Shown: one piece after another, positions 10,212 through 19,588 of the stretch
Position numbering within the stretch: the first letter of the stretch is position 1
Layout: every line of letters starts with the position of its first letter
The notes under the pieces: generated by a model
Database searches by the model: none
Told to the model about the DNA's origin: nothing
Seen by the model: the letters and a program-made list of their open reading frames with translations, nothing else
Source: Chloroflexia bacterium
Lineage (GTDB): Bacteria > Chloroflexota > Chloroflexia > DTKN01
Length of the DNA: 64,000 nt
Assembly: GCA_034433695.1 (NCBI GenBank)
Contig: DAOUAK010000007.1
Location: forward strand, 498 to 64,497
Direction of reading: 5' to 3'
Position numbers and translations under genes: made by a program

Positions 10212-12131
10212 TTGGCTTTCGTTCGTAATCCGTTCTTCCATCGGCATCGCATCACCGATCTGGCCTACTTTTACGGCCGGCAGCGGGAACTGGAGCACCT
10301 CTGTGGGGCCCTCCTCACCGGCCAGTGCCGGGCCATCGTCGGCGAACGCAAGATAGGCAAAAGTTCGCTTCTGACCTCCCTGACCACTCCTTCCATCCGG
10401 CGGCGTTTTGGATTGGAAGCCGAACGTTACCTGTTCGCCTACCTCGACCTGGAGGGGATGGTCTCGGCCAGCCGCAGCGAATTCTGGCAGGAGGTGCTGG
10501 AGCAGTATTCCTCCGGCCTGCGGGAAGAGGACCTGCGTCTCCTTTTCCACAGCACGGCCCGGGAAACCGAAGTCCGCTTCATGCGGATTCGTCGCCTCCT
10601 TCGCCAGGCCGGCGATGCCGGTTACCGCCCCGTCCTCATCCTGGACGAATTCGAGGCCCTGGCCCAGAACCCCGACTTTGGCCCCGACTTTTACGGCGAA
10701 CTGCGCAGCCTGGCCGGTGAGGTCGGCGTGGTCTATATCACCGCCTCCCGACGTAGCCTCTACGAACTCACCTACCGGCACTCCGGCACCCTTTCCTCCC
10801 CTTTCTTCAACATCTTCACCGAACTCCCGTTGGGGCTGATGACCGAGGAGGAGGTCCAGGCGCTCCTGGAGGGGATTTCCCGTCTGGGCGGCAGCCCGGG
10901 CCTGGGTTCGGAGGAAGTCCGGCTGGCCCTGGAGTGGGCCGGCCCGCACCCCTTCTTTGCCCAGGTGGCCGGCTATCACCTCTGGGAACTGGGGGCCGGA
11001 AAGCGCACCCTCCTTCCCGCCGAACGCGAACAGGCCTGGCGTCGCTTCCTGGCCGAGGCCGAGGACCACTACCGCTACTCCTGGGCGCAACTGGACGAGA
11101 CCGAACGTGTGGGCGTCCTTCACCCCGAACGGGTGCCCGAGGAGGTACAGCGGCGGCTATTGCGCCGGGGCGTGTTGCGGGTGGTGGAGGGCGAGTTGCG
11201 ACCCTTCTCCCGGCCCTTTGCAGAATTTGCCCGTCGCCAGGAGCAGGCGACCCCCTCGACCCCATCGTTGACCACCACCCTCGGCGAGGACCTGACCGGC
11301 CGGAGCATCGGCCCCTATCGCATCCTGGAACGCTGTGGGCAAGGGGGCATGGCCGAGGTCTACAAGGGCTACCACCCGCTCATTGACCGTTACGTGGCCG
11401 TCAAAGTGCTTCGGCCGGCCCTGGCTTCCGATGAAGAGTTCCGTCGCCGTTTCCAGCGCGAAGCCACCGCCGTCGCCGCCATGCGCCATCCCAACATCGT
11501 CCAGTTGTACGACTTTGGCCAGATCGGGGAGCGTTTCTATATGGTCATGGAATACATCGAAGGCGGCACCTTACGAGACCGCCTTCGGGCCCTCCCCGAA
11601 GGAAACCGGCGACTTCCCCCGGCCGAGGTGGTGGCCATCGTTCGAGGCATCGCCGCCGCTCTCGATTACGCCCACCAGCGGGGCATCGTCCACCGCGACG
11701 TCAAACCGGCCAACGTGATGTTCACCCGCGACGGCGACCCTGTGCTGACCGACTTTGGCATCGCCCGGATGCTGGGGGAAGGCTCCGTGACGATGGCCGG
11801 CGTGAGCATCGGCACTCCGGACTATATGTCCCCCGAACAGGCCCGGGGAGAACCGGCCACTCCGGTCTCCGACATCTATTCCCTGGGCGTGATGGTCTAT
11901 GAGATGCTCACCGGACGGCGTCCCTTCAGCGCCGAAACGCCCCTGGGGGTTATCGCGCAGCACCTCCAGGGGGACTTTCCTTCCCCTCGCAATGTGGACC
12001 CGTCTTTTCCCGAGGCCCTGGAAGGCGTCCTGCGCCGGGCTCTGGCCAAGGAACCTGCCGCTCGCTACTCCACGGCCGGAGAATTGGCCCGTGAATTGCA
12101 GGCGGCGGTGGAACAGGATATTTCCCATTGA
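10212..12131 (+). CDS. P-loop NTPase (STAND/AAA_16-like) fused to C-terminal Hanks-type Ser/Thr protein kinase
   Basis: N-terminal part: FYGRQRELEHL, Walker A GERKIGKSSL, Walker B VLILDEFE, helical lid and winged helix. C-terminal part: GQGGMAEVYKG, AVKVL, HRDVKPANV, DFG, TPDYMSPE. Likely start is TTG 10212 after GGTGGAGG; alternative in-frame ATG at 10161. The 10008 ORF start is an antisense-overlap artefact. Confidence 0.8.
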   Translation: MAFVRNPFFHRHRITDLAYFYGRQRELEHLCGALLTGQCRAIVGERKIGKSSLLTSLTTPSIRRRFGLEAERYLFAYLDLEGMVSASRSEFWQEVLEQYSSGLREEDLRLLFHSTARETEVRFMRIRRLLRQAGDAGYRPVLILDEFEALAQNPDFGPDFYGELRSLAGEVGVVYITASRRSLYELTYRHSGTLSSPFFNIFTELPLGLMTEEEVQALLEGISRLGGSPGLGSEEVRLALEWAGPHPFFAQVAGYHLWELGAGKRTLLPAEREQAWRRFLAEAEDHYRYSWAQLDETERVGVLHPERVPEEVQRRLLRRGVLRVVEGELRPFSRPFAEFARRQEQATPSTPSLTTTLGEDLTGRSIGPYRILERCGQGGMAEVYKGYHPLIDRYVAVKVLRPALASDEEFRRRFQREATAVAAMRHPNIVQLYDFGQIGERFYMVMEYIEGGTLRDRLRALPEGNRRLPPAEVVAIVRGIAAALDYAHQRGIVHRDVKPANVMFTRDGDPVLTDFGIARMLGEGSVTMAGVSIGTPDYMSPEQARGEPATPVSDIYSLGVMVYEMLTGRRPFSAETPLGVIAQHLQGDFPSPRNVDPSFPEALEGVLRRALAKEPAARYSTAGELARELQAAVEQDISH

Positions 12132-15100
12132 GCGTTCCCGGAGCCGTTCCGAAAATGTATCGTAAGAGTATCCAATCCGGCCTCCTCGAAGGTATCCTTC
12201 TGGCCCTGACCCTGGGCCTGGTCATCGTCGAGGATGAGGTCGTCCGCCTCCTGCCAGGGGAAAGGGCGACTCCGCTCCTGCCTCGCGACCTGGTACGCAC
12301 CTTTGCCCTAATTCTGGCGGCTATCTTGCTCCTCTTCCTGGGCATTCTGGCGGCGATGCGGGTGCGGCCGGCCCGACCCAGAGAAGGGTTTCTGGCCGGT
12401 GCTACAAGCGGTTGGGTGGCCGGATGGGTGGTGACCACCTTTCTCTTCTTCCCCCTGGTCGTCCTGCGTGAGGGGTTGCCTCCCTATCAGCAGGTCCTCC
12501 TTCGGCCCGAGATCGTCGCGGATGAGGCCCGGCTGGCTCAGGTGGCCTGGTCCGCCTGGCAACTCTCCGTCGGTGTGGCCTTCCTTGTTCCCCTTGCAGG
12601 CCTTGGTTTGGGCGGTATCGAGGGCCTGGCCTACGCCTGGTTGCGGCGTAACGTCGCATCCTTCCAGGAAGGACCCGCGCTTCCGCTTCTTTTGAGGGAA
12701 ATCCGAGGTGGCTGGACCCTCCCGGTCGAACGCGACGAGCACATCCTGCGGGCCGGCCTGTGGGGTGGGACGATGGTGGGCACTTTCCTGGCCCTGGAAG
12801 TGCTCCTTTTGACCTTGCAGGCCCTATCCGCCGTTCCCTTGCCGGCCAACCGGAGCGCCCTCCTGGAGCAGGGCCGACTTCTGGCGCTGGCTGGTCCGCT
12901 GGCCGTCCTGGTGCCCCCGGCCTTTCTCCTGTGGGGCGGCAGCGGCATCCTGCTTCTCAAGGACCCGCCGACCCGTTTCCGTTCCCGTCTGGCAGCCGGC
13001 ACCCTTTCCGGTGCCGTGGCCGGGACCTTCCTTTCCACCCTGGCCCTCCTTCCGGCCCTGAACGCCGGTCTGGCCCTCCTGCCACTTTGGCTCCGGTCCG
13101 GTGGAGAGCGTCCGCCCTTCCTTCCCGAGCAATTGGCCCTCCTGGCCCGCAACTTTTTCTTCCTCTACCTCCCGATTCCCCTGGCCTTACTTTTCCTCTC
13201 CGCCCTGGCCGGCTTTCTCCTGGGCCTGCCCTTTGCCCTGCTCAGCGCCTACCTCTGGCCGCGCCGGCCGGTGGATCGGGCCATCCGGCTGGTCGGACGG
13301 TTGCGCCAGCAGCCGGAGACTCTTCTGCCGGAACTGTACGCCCTTTTCCAGCACGACCGTCAGGCCGGCCCGGTGCTTCGCCATCTGGCCTACCTTTTCC
13401 AGAAGGAGAAAGACCCCGGCCTGGCTACCCTGGCCGCCGCCTATCAGGCCCTCTATGAGCCTTTCACCTATCCCGCCGAGTCCCTGGAGGAGATTCTCGA
13501 GACCAGCGCCACCGTCCTGGCCGCCACCCCCGAACGGCGCTGGAGCCGCGAGATCGGGGAACTGCACCGTTTCCTCGATGAGGGGTTGCAGGCCCGCAAC
13601 CTCCTGCACCTGGCAGCCATCCGTCCCCTTCCGGAAGAGCACACTTCCTCCCTGCCACCTCCTCTGATCCGGGTTTGGGAACGCCTTTCTGCGGTCGTCC
13701 ATGAGGTGAAAAAGGCCCAGCGGGTGGACGACCCCAACGGGCGGGCCATCTACCTGAACCGTGCCCTGGAGGAGGTGGCGGCGGCCCGGCGGCTCTCCGA
13801 GGAAGATATGGCCTTTCCTCACGGCCGCCGGCCGGCTACCTTTTACCCGGAACAACGAGTCCTGGCCGTCCTCCTTCCCCACTGGCAGGCCATCCTCCAC
13901 GAAGCCCTCCGCGACCTGCGCGGACGGGCTCTCCTGCGGGCCGAACTGGTCACCCGCCGGATGTCCTGCCAGCCCCGCCTGAAGTTGCACCTGCGTCTGA
14001 CCAACGCGGGGCTGAATGTGGCCGAGCGGGTGCGTCTCTACCTTCTCCCCGGGCCGGACTACCAGTTGACGGAGGAAAGCGAGGCCCGCCTGGAGGTGCT
14101 TCTGCCCGGCGAGGAACGGACGGTGGAACTGGCGCTGGAGCCGCGGAATTCCCAGCGGATGCGCGTGGTGGTCCAGATCCTCTACGACGACGCCGTGGAC
14201 GAAAACCGGGAGATGGTCCTGGCCGATGAGGTGGTCTTCCTGGCCGAGGAGCGTCCCTTCCAGCGGATTTTCCCCATTCCCTACGTGACCGGCACCCCGC
14301 TGAAGACGAAGGAGATGTTCTTCGGTCGGCAGGACGTTTTCACCTACGTCCGCGAACACCTCCTGGGAGCCTACCAGAACAACATCATCGTCCTCCACGG
14401 CCAGCGGCGCACCGGCAAGACCTCGGTGCTCTACCGCCTGTCCGAGGTCCTCCAGGATACCCATTACTGCGTCTTGCTCGACATGCAGGGTATGGCCGTC
14501 CGCAACGAGGCCGAACTTTTTTACACCTTCAGCGACGAGATCGCGTATGCTCTCGGGCGGGAGGGAATTCCGGTACAACTGCCCCCACGCCAGGAGTACG
14601 AGGCCCAACCGGAGTTCACCTTCCGTTCCCGCTTCCTTCGCAACCTCTATCCGGCCCTGGGGGAAAAACGCCTCCTGCTCATGTTCGACGAGTTCGAGGA
14701 ACTTCAGGGGCTGGTGGAGGCCGTCCATCTGAGGGCCGACATTTTCCCCTTCTTGCGCAACCTGATGCAACATGAGGAAAAGGTGGATTTCCTCTTCTCC
14801 GGGACCCACAAACTGGAGGAACTGGCGGCCGAGTACTGGTCGATTCTCTTCAATATTGCCACCTATAAAAAGATTTCTTTCCTTGAACCGGACGAGGCCC
14901 GCCGCCTCATCACCGAGCCGGTAGCACCCTATGGGATGGAATACGACTCGCTGGCGGTGGAACAAATCCTCCGCGTTACGGCCGGCCATCCCTTCCTGAC
15001 CCAACTCGTGTGCCATGAAATGGTGGCCTACCATAACGAGGTGGAGCGCAGTTACCTCACCGTGGCCGACGTGGATGCGGTGCTGGAGCGCATCGCCGAG

Positions 15101-15412
15101 CGGGGCGAGGCCCACTTCAAATACATCTGGTCGGAAGCCGATCCCCAGGAACGGGCAGCGATGCTGGCCCTGGCCGAACTGCTGGCCTATAGCGAAGGAG
15201 CCTCGGCCGAGGAAATTTCCGCCCTCTCCGCCCGGCGTGGCCGGCCGCTGGAGGGCGAAGCCGCCCTTTCCGCCCTCCTCCGTCTGGAATCCCGCGACAT
15301 TGTGGTCCGCCTGTCCCCGGGCTCCGAGCGTTTCCGTTTCTATATAGACCTGGTCCGCCGCTGGATCGCCGTGAACCCGCAACTGGCCGATCAGGTGTCC
15401 ACCCGCCCATAA
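12128..15412 (+). CDS. polytopic membrane protein (about 10 TM) with C-terminal paralogous P-loop NTPase (STAND/AAA_16-like) and winged helix
   Basis: N-terminal ~380 aa with about 10 hydrophobic helices. Then a cytoplasmic helical region and a beta-rich segment (RLEVLLPGEERTVELALEPRN). Then FFGRQDVF, Walker A GQRRTGKTSV, Walker B LLLMFDEFEE. Start is TTG 12128 (TTGA overlap with the upstream stop) or ATG 12155. Confidence 0.75.
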   Translation: MSVPGAVPKMYRKSIQSGLLEGILLALTLGLVIVEDEVVRLLPGERATPLLPRDLVRTFALILAAILLLFLGILAAMRVRPARPREGFLAGATSGWVAGWVVTTFLFFPLVVLREGLPPYQQVLLRPEIVADEARLAQVAWSAWQLSVGVAFLVPLAGLGLGGIEGLAYAWLRRNVASFQEGPALPLLLREIRGGWTLPVERDEHILRAGLWGGTMVGTFLALEVLLLTLQALSAVPLPANRSALLEQGRLLALAGPLAVLVPPAFLLWGGSGILLLKDPPTRFRSRLAAGTLSGAVAGTFLSTLALLPALNAGLALLPLWLRSGGERPPFLPEQLALLARNFFFLYLPIPLALLFLSALAGFLLGLPFALLSAYLWPRRPVDRAIRLVGRLRQQPETLLPELYALFQHDRQAGPVLRHLAYLFQKEKDPGLATLAAAYQALYEPFTYPAESLEEILETSATVLAATPERRWSREIGELHRFLDEGLQARNLLHLAAIRPLPEEHTSSLPPPLIRVWERLSAVVHEVKKAQRVDDPNGRAIYLNRALEEVAAARRLSEEDMAFPHGRRPATFYPEQRVLAVLLPHWQAILHEALRDLRGRALLRAELVTRRMSCQPRLKLHLRLTNAGLNVAERVRLYLLPGPDYQLTEESEARLEVLLPGEERTVELALEPRNSQRMRVVVQILYDDAVDENREMVLADEVVFLAEERPFQRIFPIPYVTGTPLKTKEMFFGRQDVFTYVREHLLGAYQNNIIVLHGQRRTGKTSVLYRLSEVLQDTHYCVLLDMQGMAVRNEAELFYTFSDEIAYALGREGIPVQLPPRQEYEAQPEFTFRSRFLRNLYPALGEKRLLLMFDEFEELQGLVEAVHLRADIFPFLRNLMQHEEKVDFLFSGTHKLEELAAEYWSILFNIATYKKISFLEPDEARRLITEPVAPYGMEYDSLAVEQILRVTAGHPFLTQLVCHEMVAYHNEVERSYLTVADVDAVLERIAERGEAHFKYIWSEADPQERAAMLALAELLAYSEGASAEEISALSARRGRPLEGEAALSALLRLESRDIVVRLSPGSERFRFYIDLVRRWIAVNPQLADQVSTRP

Positions 15413-15564
15413 GAGAGGGTAACCGCGGTGCGCAACTCCAGGCGGGTCGCTTTCCCGGCGATGTTCCTCCTACGGTGATACACACCCGGCCAGGATTGGA
15501 CGGGTGAGACAACCCCCGGGTTGCCCAGCGCGGATACCCCGGTAGCGGTCTTGGGACGGGCCGG

Positions 15565-15780
15565 CTATTCGGGGCTTTCGTACTTGAAGGAAAGTTTGAT
15601 CTTGGCCCGGTAGGCGCGCACCTTGCCGTCTTCGATCTGCATGTCCAGTTCAGCGACTTCGGCGATGCGCAGATCGCGCAGCGTCTTGGCGGCCGTCTCC
15701 ACCGCGTTGGCGGCGGCGCGTTCCCACGACTCGGTGCTGGTGCCGATGATCTCGATAACTTTGTAGACAGTGTCGGCCAT
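15565..15780 (-). CDS. dodecin family flavin-binding protein
   Basis: MADTVYKVIEIIGTSTESWERAA...KIKLSFKYE, about 71 aa, matches the dodecin fold signature. Start taken at the second Met. Confidence 0.75.
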   Translation of the reverse strand: MADTVYKVIEIIGTSTESWERAAANAVETAAKTLRDLRIAEVAELDMQIEDGKVRAYRAKIKLSFKYESPE

Positions 15781-15850
15781 GGTCTCCTCCTTGCCGCTGT
15801 CCGGCAACCTCACCCGGCCCTGAAAACGGGTATACCTGATCCAGGCGATT

Positions 15851-16108
15851 CTATTCGCCGGAGGTACAGCCGACGACGATCGTGCCTCGGCCGACGTGGG
15901 CCTCCAGCAAGCCCTCGGCGACGAGTTCGCTGTAGGCGTTCAGCACCGGAGTCCGGGATAGCCCCAGACGGCGGGCCAGCCGGCGTTCCGAAGGCAGACG
16001 TGTCCCCGGAGGCAGTTCGCCGCGCAGAATCTTTTCCCGAATCTGGTCGCGAATTTGTAGATAAAGAGGGATATGGCTCTCCAGATTCAAATTCAGATGG
16101 ATGTCCAT
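15851..16108 (-). CDS. GntR-type winged-helix HTH-only transcriptional regulator (85 aa)
   Basis: LYLQIRDQIREKILRGELPPGTRLPSERRLARRLGLSRTPVLNAYSELVAEGLL is a GntR N-terminal HTH. No effector domain is present. Confidence 0.7.
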   Translation of the reverse strand: MDIHLNLNLESHIPLYLQIRDQIREKILRGELPPGTRLPSERRLARRLGLSRTPVLNAYSELVAEGLLEAHVGRGTIVVGCTSGE

Positions 16109-16180
16109 GGCTCTTCCTCGACTGCCTGTATCCGAAACCCAGTCCAGTCTAAGATGGGCCAGGGAAATATACCGGGTTTT

Positions 16181-16209
16181 ATTATACCCTAATCGCCCCG
16201 GGAGAGCAA
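16181..16209 (-). promoter_or_regulatory. promoter TTGCTC-17-TATAAT (minus strand) for the GntR-HTH/dodecin genes
   Basis: Minus-strand read is TTGCTCTCCCGGGGCGATTAGGGTATAATAAAA. Same GGTATAATAAAA -10 context as other promoters in the window. Confidence 0.5.
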
Positions 16210-16222
16210 ATGCGGAAATTGT

Positions 16223-16253
16223 GGTAAAATAGGGGTGATCCGTTCAAAAGGAG
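16223..16253 (+). promoter_or_regulatory. extended -10 (TGgTAAAAT) promoter plus AAAGGAGG RBS for the YgfK-like gene
   Basis: TGGTAAAAT at 16223-16232 and AAAGGAGG at 16246-16253, followed by ATG 16260. Confidence 0.4.
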
Positions 16254-16259
16254 GCCCCA

Positions 16260-19200
16260 ATGCGTGTCCAGTCCTTTGAGATGCTTCTGCACGGGATTTT
16301 GGAGGAACTCGATCGTTCCGATTCGCTCTTCGGCCTGCACCGTTCCCTCTTTTATATCCCTCGGCCCGATGCTCCCTACCGACTGGAACTCTTCGGCCGG
16401 CCACTGGGAACGCCCATCGGGCCGGCAGCCGGCCCCCATACCCAACTGGCCCAGAACATCGTCTGCGCCTGGCTCTGCGGCGGGCGCTTCATCGAACTCA
16501 AGACCGTCCAGATCCTCGACGAACTCGTGATCCCGCGCCCCTGCATCGACATGGAGGACGAGGGCTATAACGTGGAGTGGTCGCAGGAGTTGAAACTGGA
16601 GCAATCGGCCTGGGAATATATCAAAGCCTGGGCGCTCATCCATATCCTGCATCGCCTTCTGGGATTCCCGGGCGCCCCGGATACGATCTTCAATATGAGC
16701 GTCGGCTATAACCTGGAGGGCATCCAGAGTCCGCCGATGGTGCGCTTCATGGAACGCTTGACCGACGCTTCGGCCGAAATCGCCGCCCTCCAGGACATCC
16801 TGCGGAAACGCTTTCCCCAATGGGCCGACATCGCCATCCCCTCCCGCATCGTCAACAGCGTTACCCTCTCTACCATGCACGGTTGCCCCCCGGAAGAGAT
16901 CGAGCGGATCGCCCGCTACCTGCTGGAGGAAAGGGGATTCCATACCCTGGTCAAATTGAATCCCACCTTACTGGGGAAAGAGGAGGTTCTGTACATCCTC
17001 CACGAGCGCCTGGGCTTTTCCGAAATCCGCATCCCCGACGCCGTCTTTGAGCACGACCTGGCCTACGACCGGGCGGTGGACCTCATCCGCTCCCTCCTTT
17101 CGGCGGCCGCCGGCCGGGGGTTGACCTTCGGGGTCAAGTTGAGCAATACGCTGGCGATGTCCAACCACAAGGGCCTCCTGCCCGGGGAGGAGATGTACAT
17201 GTCCGGGCGGGCGCTCTATCCGATCACCCTGAACCTCTTCCGAAAACTGGCCCGCGACCTGGGTGAGGGCCTCCCCGTCTCCTACTCTGCCGGGGCCGAT
17301 GCCTTCAACATCGCTACCCTCCTGTCCTGCCGGGCCCGTCCGGTGACCGCTGTCTCTGACCTCTTGAAGCCCGGAGGTTACGGCCGGCTGGGTCAATATC
17401 TGGAGGAACTGGAGGGAGAGATGCGCAGGCGTGGAGCGGCCTCCCTGGACGAACTGGCCCTCCACTGGCAGGACAACCTGGAGGAAGCAGCCGACGAGGC
17501 GCTGGAAAACCCGCGCTATAAGAAATCGTATTTTCCCTACGGTCTGCCCAAAGTAACCTCTCCCCTGGGCCTCTTCGATTGCATAACGGCCCCTTGCGTG
17601 GAGGCCTGTCCGGTGGGCCAGGATGTCCCTACCTATGCCTACCATATCGCCCGGGGGGAATACGACCGGGCCCTGGAGGCCATCCTGGCCCAGAACCCCC
17701 TGCCGGCCGTGACCGGCTATATCTGCACCCACGTCTGCCAGACCCGTTGCACCCGCAACAACTACGAGGCCCCCGTGGCCATCCGCTCGCTGAAGCGCTT
17801 TGCCGCCGAACACGGCCGCGTCGCCCTCACCCCGGCCCCGGATACCGGCCGCCGGGTGGCGATTGTCGGCAGTGGCCCCTCGGGCCTGGCGGCGGCCTTT
17901 TTCCTGGCCCTGAACGGGGTGCAGGTCACCGTCTTCGAGGCCAGGGAGCGCCTCGGCGGCATGCCGGCCCTGGCCCCGGCCTTCCGCCTGCCGCCGGAGG
18001 TGCTCCAGGCCGACCTGGAGCGCATCCGGAACCTGGGTGTGCGGCTCGAACCGGCGCATCCCATCGCCTCCCCGACGGAACTCCTCGGCCGGGGCTTTGA
18101 CGCCGTCTACGTAGCCTGCGGTTTTCCCCGGGAGGCCGGACTGGACATCCCCGGCATCGAGGGCGAGGGCGTCTACCCGGCGCTGGAATTTCTGGAGCGG
18201 GTGGCCCGGGGCGAGAGACCCGAACTGGGCCGGCAGGTGGTGGTGATCGGCGGGGGCAATACGGCCGTGGACGCCGCCCGCACTGCCTGGAGGCTCACCG
18301 GTCGGCCGGTCACGCTCCTCTACCGGCGCACCCGGGCGGAGATGCCGGCGGAACCGGAGGAAGTGGCCGCGTTTCTGGCCGAAGGGAACATCCTGGAGGA
18401 ACGGGTCTCCCCGAAGGCGGTCCTTCGGGAGAGCGGCCGGGTGGTCGCCCTGGAATGCCTGCGCAACCGGCCGGGGGAACCCGGTCCGGACGGCCGGCCG
18501 CTCCCGCTCCCCATCCCCGGAAGCGAGTTCCGCCTGCCTGCCGATGCCCTCATCGTTGCCATCGGCCAGAGCCCGGGGCGGGATTTCCTGGCGGAAAGCG
18601 GCCTGGCCCTGGCCGAGGACGGCACCATCCGCACCGACCCGATGGGGCGCACCTCCATCCCCCGCGTCTATGCCGGGGGCGATGCCGTCCGCGGCCCGGA
18701 AACGGTCATCGCCGCCTGCGCCGACGGCCGGCGGGCGGCCGAGGCCATCTGCCACGACCTGGGCCTGCCACTGATGTATCCACAGGCGCGGCCGGCCGTG
18801 CCTTCGCCGGAGGAGATCGTCCGTCTCAAGGGAGTGCGGGCCCGTCGTATCCTCCCCTATGGGCCGGAACTCCTTCCTCCGGAGGAACGCCGTGGCTTTG
18901 TCTGCGTCGAACATGCCCTTTCGGCGGAGGCGGCCCGGGCCGAGGCTTCCCGTTGCCTGCAATGCGCTACGCTCTGCGACAAGTGCGTCGAGGTCTGTCC
19001 CAACCGCGCCAACCGTACCTACGAAGTGATTCCCCGGAAGTGGACGCTGCCTGTCCTTTCCTTGCAGGACGGTCGGCTGGTGGTCTGTGGGGAAGAAGCG
19101 TTCGAGATCGTCCAACCCCGTCAGATTCTGCACCTGGCCGACCTTTGCAACGAATGTGGCAACTGTGCCACCTTCTGTGTGCATCCGGGCCGGCCCTATA

Positions 19201-19505
19201 GGGAAAAGCCCCGCCTTTTCCTGGATGAAAGTGCCTTTATTGTGGAAGAAAACAATGTCTTCCATATTGCCGGCCGCACCATTCGAAGACGGGAAGGCGG
19301 GGAAGAATCGCAACTCGTATTGGAAGGCAAGGAAGCCGTCTTTGAAAATGCCCGGCTGCGGCTTCTTCTGACAGAAGACCTGGCCCTCCGCGAGGCTACG
19401 CTGAAGGAGCCTTTCACCGGAACCCTTTCCCTGCGGCCGGCGGCCGAGATGCGGGTCATCCTAGAGGGGGTGCTCACCTCACTACCCTTCCTGGTGAACC
19501 GCTGA
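16260..19505 (+). CDS. YgfK-like putative oxidoreductase (dihydroorotate-DH-like TIM barrel + GltD-like FAD/NAD(P) domain + 2x[4Fe-4S] ferredoxin)
   Basis: 1081 aa. Central CITAPCVEACPVGQD...CTHVCQTRC Fe-S region. VAIVGSGPSGLAAAF Rossmann motif. C-terminal CLQCATLCDKCVEVCP and CNECGNCATFC clusters. Overall architecture matches the E. coli YgfK class (putative selenate reductase subunit). Confidence 0.8.
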   Translation: MRVQSFEMLLHGILEELDRSDSLFGLHRSLFYIPRPDAPYRLELFGRPLGTPIGPAAGPHTQLAQNIVCAWLCGGRFIELKTVQILDELVIPRPCIDMEDEGYNVEWSQELKLEQSAWEYIKAWALIHILHRLLGFPGAPDTIFNMSVGYNLEGIQSPPMVRFMERLTDASAEIAALQDILRKRFPQWADIAIPSRIVNSVTLSTMHGCPPEEIERIARYLLEERGFHTLVKLNPTLLGKEEVLYILHERLGFSEIRIPDAVFEHDLAYDRAVDLIRSLLSAAAGRGLTFGVKLSNTLAMSNHKGLLPGEEMYMSGRALYPITLNLFRKLARDLGEGLPVSYSAGADAFNIATLLSCRARPVTAVSDLLKPGGYGRLGQYLEELEGEMRRRGAASLDELALHWQDNLEEAADEALENPRYKKSYFPYGLPKVTSPLGLFDCITAPCVEACPVGQDVPTYAYHIARGEYDRALEAILAQNPLPAVTGYICTHVCQTRCTRNNYEAPVAIRSLKRFAAEHGRVALTPAPDTGRRVAIVGSGPSGLAAAFFLALNGVQVTVFEARERLGGMPALAPAFRLPPEVLQADLERIRNLGVRLEPAHPIASPTELLGRGFDAVYVACGFPREAGLDIPGIEGEGVYPALEFLERVARGERPELGRQVVVIGGGNTAVDAARTAWRLTGRPVTLLYRRTRAEMPAEPEEVAAFLAEGNILEERVSPKAVLRESGRVVALECLRNRPGEPGPDGRPLPLPIPGSEFRLPADALIVAIGQSPGRDFLAESGLALAEDGTIRTDPMGRTSIPRVYAGGDAVRGPETVIAACADGRRAAEAICHDLGLPLMYPQARPAVPSPEEIVRLKGVRARRILPYGPELLPPEERRGFVCVEHALSAEAARAEASRCLQCATLCDKCVEVCPNRANRTYEVIPRKWTLPVLSLQDGRLVVCGEEAFEIVQPRQILHLADLCNECGNCATFCVHPGRPYREKPRLFLDESAFIVEENNVFHIAGRTIRRREGGEESQLVLEGKEAVFENARLRLLLTEDLALREATLKEPFTGTLSLRPAAEMRVILEGVLTSLPFLVNR

Positions 19506-19588
19506 TCCTCCGTGCCTTGCCCCGGCCGGCCGAAGGACCCATCCTGTCCTTCCCCGCCACGGAGAGACCTCGATGCGCACAAGGGCAT

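Noticed and set aside
10171-10356. 61-aa ORF starting inside the TACAAT -10 of the NTPase-kinase promoter
   Set aside because: It is an out-of-frame overlap with the well-supported NTPase gene, with no RBS and no motif.
13187-15382. 731-aa minus-strand ORF antisense to the membrane-NTPase gene. Similar long antisense ORFs lie at 1631-3040, 16968-19313, 34935-37634, 37631-39955, 55668-57818 and 60651-63128.
   Set aside because: Their composition is Gly/Arg/Ala/Pro-rich with no motifs, which is typical of stop-codon-poor antisense frames in a ~67% GC genome. The opposite strands carry clear motif-rich genes (Walker motifs, ClpB, P-type ATPase, NHL repeats).
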